DNA of 55,321 nt from Promethearchaeota archaeon (GTDB lineage: Archaea; Asgardarchaeota; Lokiarchaeia; Sigyniarchaeales; SOKP01): positions 1 to 55,321 of the forward strand of contig JBHLNT010000004.1 in assembly GCA_048941265.1 (NCBI GenBank), written 5' to 3'. The first letter of the stretch is position 1, and each line of letters opens with the position of its first letter. Below the pieces are notes generated by a model, which was not told the DNA's origin, did no database searches, and saw only the letters and a list, made by a program, of their open reading frames with translations. This document shows, piece by piece, positions 53,064-55,321 of the stretch. The translations under genes were made by a program, and so were the position numbers.

Positions 53064-53678
53064 ATGGTTTTAATAGAACCTGAATTCGAAATTGATAAAA
53101 GAAATAGAGTTATCTGTAAATTTCATAGTGATTATATACAGTTTATAGATCCGAATAAAGATTATTTCGAAGATATATATTTAGATAAAAATTTGACATG
53201 TTTAACATGCACTCACTACGTCTATAATGAATGTTATTTTAATAAATCAAGAATAGATCACATTGAAAATACAAGGCAAAAAAAAAGAGATTTTAAATGC
53301 CAATTATGCCGAAATAGGATTGAAAGAATGTTCACGATTATTTACAAATTATATAATGAAGAAGTCTACGGAATCAAAATACCTCTTATATGTTGTAGCT
53401 GTTATGATAAATTAAGGGATAATCAATATTTACCAGAACTTAAAAAATTAAATTTATTTTATCTATTCATTATATTGACGACGATTTTTTTTCTATTTTA
53501 CCTTAATTTTTTCTTAATGCTTCTAAATTTACACCCCCTCATCAGATTATTAATATTCATCTCTTATTTTTGTTTAACTATTGCGATAATCTTTATTTCA
53601 TTAATGAGATTGAAAACTAACTTATCTGGGATTAAAACTTATAAAAAGATGTTTCCAAAAGAAATGACCCCAGAGTAA
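53064..53678 (+). CDS. Cys-rich (putative Zn-binding) protein with two C-terminal TM helices
   Basis: CKFH, CLTCTH...C, CQLC, CCSC followed by two hydrophobic segments. Confidence 0.7.
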   Translation: MVLIEPEFEIDKRNRVICKFHSDYIQFIDPNKDYFEDIYLDKNLTCLTCTHYVYNECYFNKSRIDHIENTRQKKRDFKCQLCRNRIERMFTIIYKLYNEEVYGIKIPLICCSCYDKLRDNQYLPELKKLNLFYLFIILTTIFFLFYLNFFLMLLNLHPLIRLLIFISYFCLTIAIIFISLMRLKTNLSGIKTYKKMFPKEMTPE

Positions 53679-53688
53679 AAGTGAAAAT

Positions 53689-54798
53689 TTAGCCGAGCTT
53701 TCCAGCCCACCCTCGTACTTTTTTCCTCATTTTTTCCTGCCTTGAGATAATATCAATTAACTGATCTTTTGATTTATTTAGCAAATTGACAATTTCAGGA
53801 ATAAAATTATACTTTATAAAATAATCTTTACAGTTTTTCGAAATGAGCCCATTCCTGATATTTTTCGGATTATTCAAAAAATTTGGATAATCTGCTTCCC
53901 AAGATTTTAAGAATTCTTCAATATTATCTTTAGACTCAAATATGGGAAGTACTCCCAAATTATTTGGAGTGGTAATAGCAATATTAGCTCGCTCAGCTGT
54001 GAACCTATTTCCATTAAATGAAATCGATATACCATCTTCATCTTTCAATCGCTGAAGCATATTAATATCTGTTATAGAATCTCCTAAAGCAATCATGTTA
54101 GATATATTTACTCCTGTTCTTTTGGAGATATCTTCTACAGCGAGCTCTTTCCTTTTCCCTCCTCTAACTTGAACATGATTCATGATCTTCACATAATCAG
54201 ATTCTTTTCCCTTCCAAAAAAAAGAGTTTAAATCTTCAATAACAGAATTAAGTTCTTTATTATTATCTAGATATTTTTGAAAGATTTCTCTTACTAAGAT
54301 GTCTATTGTATTATCAATACCTGTTAATCCTTTTTTTAATTTTTCAATATGTAAATCAGTGCAATACACATGATCTTTTGGGATTTCCAAAGCACTAGTT
54401 ATGGTGTGAGCGAATTGAGTATAGCTAGTTGAGATAACGTATACATCCCACTCTTTATGAAGAATTTTCATTAATTCTTTACATCCCGGTAATAAACCTA
54501 AATTTTGTTTTGCCAACCTTAAGAGCTCTTTATCCGAAAAACACGCAACATACAAGGGTGCCATAATTCTTAATGTATCACCTGGCTGATATTCAGGAAT
54601 ACCTAATTTTTCTTTAACTCCAGGAATATCAATAATATAATCATCATAATTGGAAATCATGAAGAAAAATTCACCCATATCATAATTTTGTAAGTTTAAT
54701 TCAGGCTTTTTGCTTAATAATCTGCCGATTTCGGCGGCAAAATCTATAACGGATATCGGACCTTCTAAATCAAACAAGCAAACATTTTGTTTTCTCAT
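53689..54798 (-). CDS. HAD-superfamily phosphohydrolase (EhaR-like)
   Basis: FDLEGPISVID (motif I variant), YQPGDTL, ISTSY, GGKRK, GDSITDINML, SFNGN. Confidence 0.8.
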   Translation of the reverse strand: MRKQNVCLFDLEGPISVIDFAAEIGRLLSKKPELNLQNYDMGEFFFMISNYDDYIIDIPGVKEKLGIPEYQPGDTLRIMAPLYVACFSDKELLRLAKQNLGLLPGCKELMKILHKEWDVYVISTSYTQFAHTITSALEIPKDHVYCTDLHIEKLKKGLTGIDNTIDILVREIFQKYLDNNKELNSVIEDLNSFFWKGKESDYVKIMNHVQVRGGKRKELAVEDISKRTGVNISNMIALGDSITDINMLQRLKDEDGISISFNGNRFTAERANIAITTPNNLGVLPIFESKDNIEEFLKSWEADYPNFLNNPKNIRNGLISKNCKDYFIKYNFIPEIVNLLNKSKDQLIDIISRQEKMRKKVRGWAGKLG

Positions 54799-54882
54799 AA
54801 CTAAGTAAAAATATCTTCTTTTAGTGGAATGATGAAGAAAATTTTAAAAAAGATTTCTATTAAAGTAGAAATAAAACTCAAT

Positions 54883-55320
54883 TCAAACAAATTTTGAGAA
54901 ATCAATCTTATTCCATTTGGAAAATTTATCAAGGTCTATATCTGAGTAAGTTTCAAATTTTAATTTATTGAATGGTATTTGAAATATCCTCTCAAAGAAA
55001 TCTGGTCCACATTTAATACCATTTATATCTGTAGTGTGAAAATCAGAATAATTTAGTTTATCCTCATATATCTTTTTCCAAGATATACCTTCTTTTCGAT
55101 TTTTTATTGTGATATATATTTGAAATTTACGCAGAATCTCTGTGGAATTTAGGGTCTTACGAGCGCGTTTTACTTGCTTTCTTGAAAGATTTGTTTCCTT
55201 ACAAATCTTTTTTAATGGTATACGTTTAATTATCCATTCAATCCAAGCAGATCTTAAAAAACCATAGTATCTTTTATTCTTGATAATCCATTCTTTCAGG
55301 GTGTTAATATGACTATCCTT
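54883..55320 (-). CDS. 5'-truncated hypothetical basic protein with HTH-like segment
   Basis: Stop-free minus frame from the window end to TGA at 54885-54883: KDSHINTLKEW...IPLKKICKETNLSRKQVKRARK...KIDFSKFV*; absent from the ORF track. Confidence 0.7.
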   Translation of the reverse strand, partial: KDSHINTLKEWIIKNKRYYGFLRSAWIEWIIKRIPLKKICKETNLSRKQVKRARKTLNSTEILRKFQIYITIKNRKEGISWKKIYEDKLNYSDFHTTDINGIKCGPDFFERIFQIPFNKLKFETYSDIDLDKFSKWNKIDFSKFV

Positions 55321-55321
55321 T

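Overview
AT-rich, gene-dense chromosomal window, most likely from an Asgard archaeon (Lokiarchaeia-like). This is inferred from a eukaryote-type actin-family gene, soluble multi-PAS histidine kinases, two AORs, a corrinoid/URO-D methyltransferase set, an SCP2 protein and archaeal BRE/TATA-like promoters. I recognised no rRNA, tRNA, CRISPR array or transposase by eye. Most genes are housekeeping, signalling or carbohydrate metabolism (GH2, GH94-like, GH78, SIS, PfkB). The standout is a same-strand four-gene locus at 32875-35766. It encodes a coiled-coil + Gly/Pro tandem-repeat + C-terminal WH2/VASP-like-helix protein (architecture of a eukaryotic actin nucleation-promoting/elongation factor), immediately followed by a divergent actin-related protein whose catalytic residues are substituted but whose WH2-binding cleft residues are retained, then two paralogous winged-helix-like proteins. 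Also notable: two paralogous small Sm/Hfq-like proteins each directly upstream of a glycoside hydrolase, a shared E[IL]RFWKFLxP linker in two kinases, two pseudogene remnants and a partial 3' gene missed by the ORF track. All family calls come from motif recognition by eye; no searches were run.
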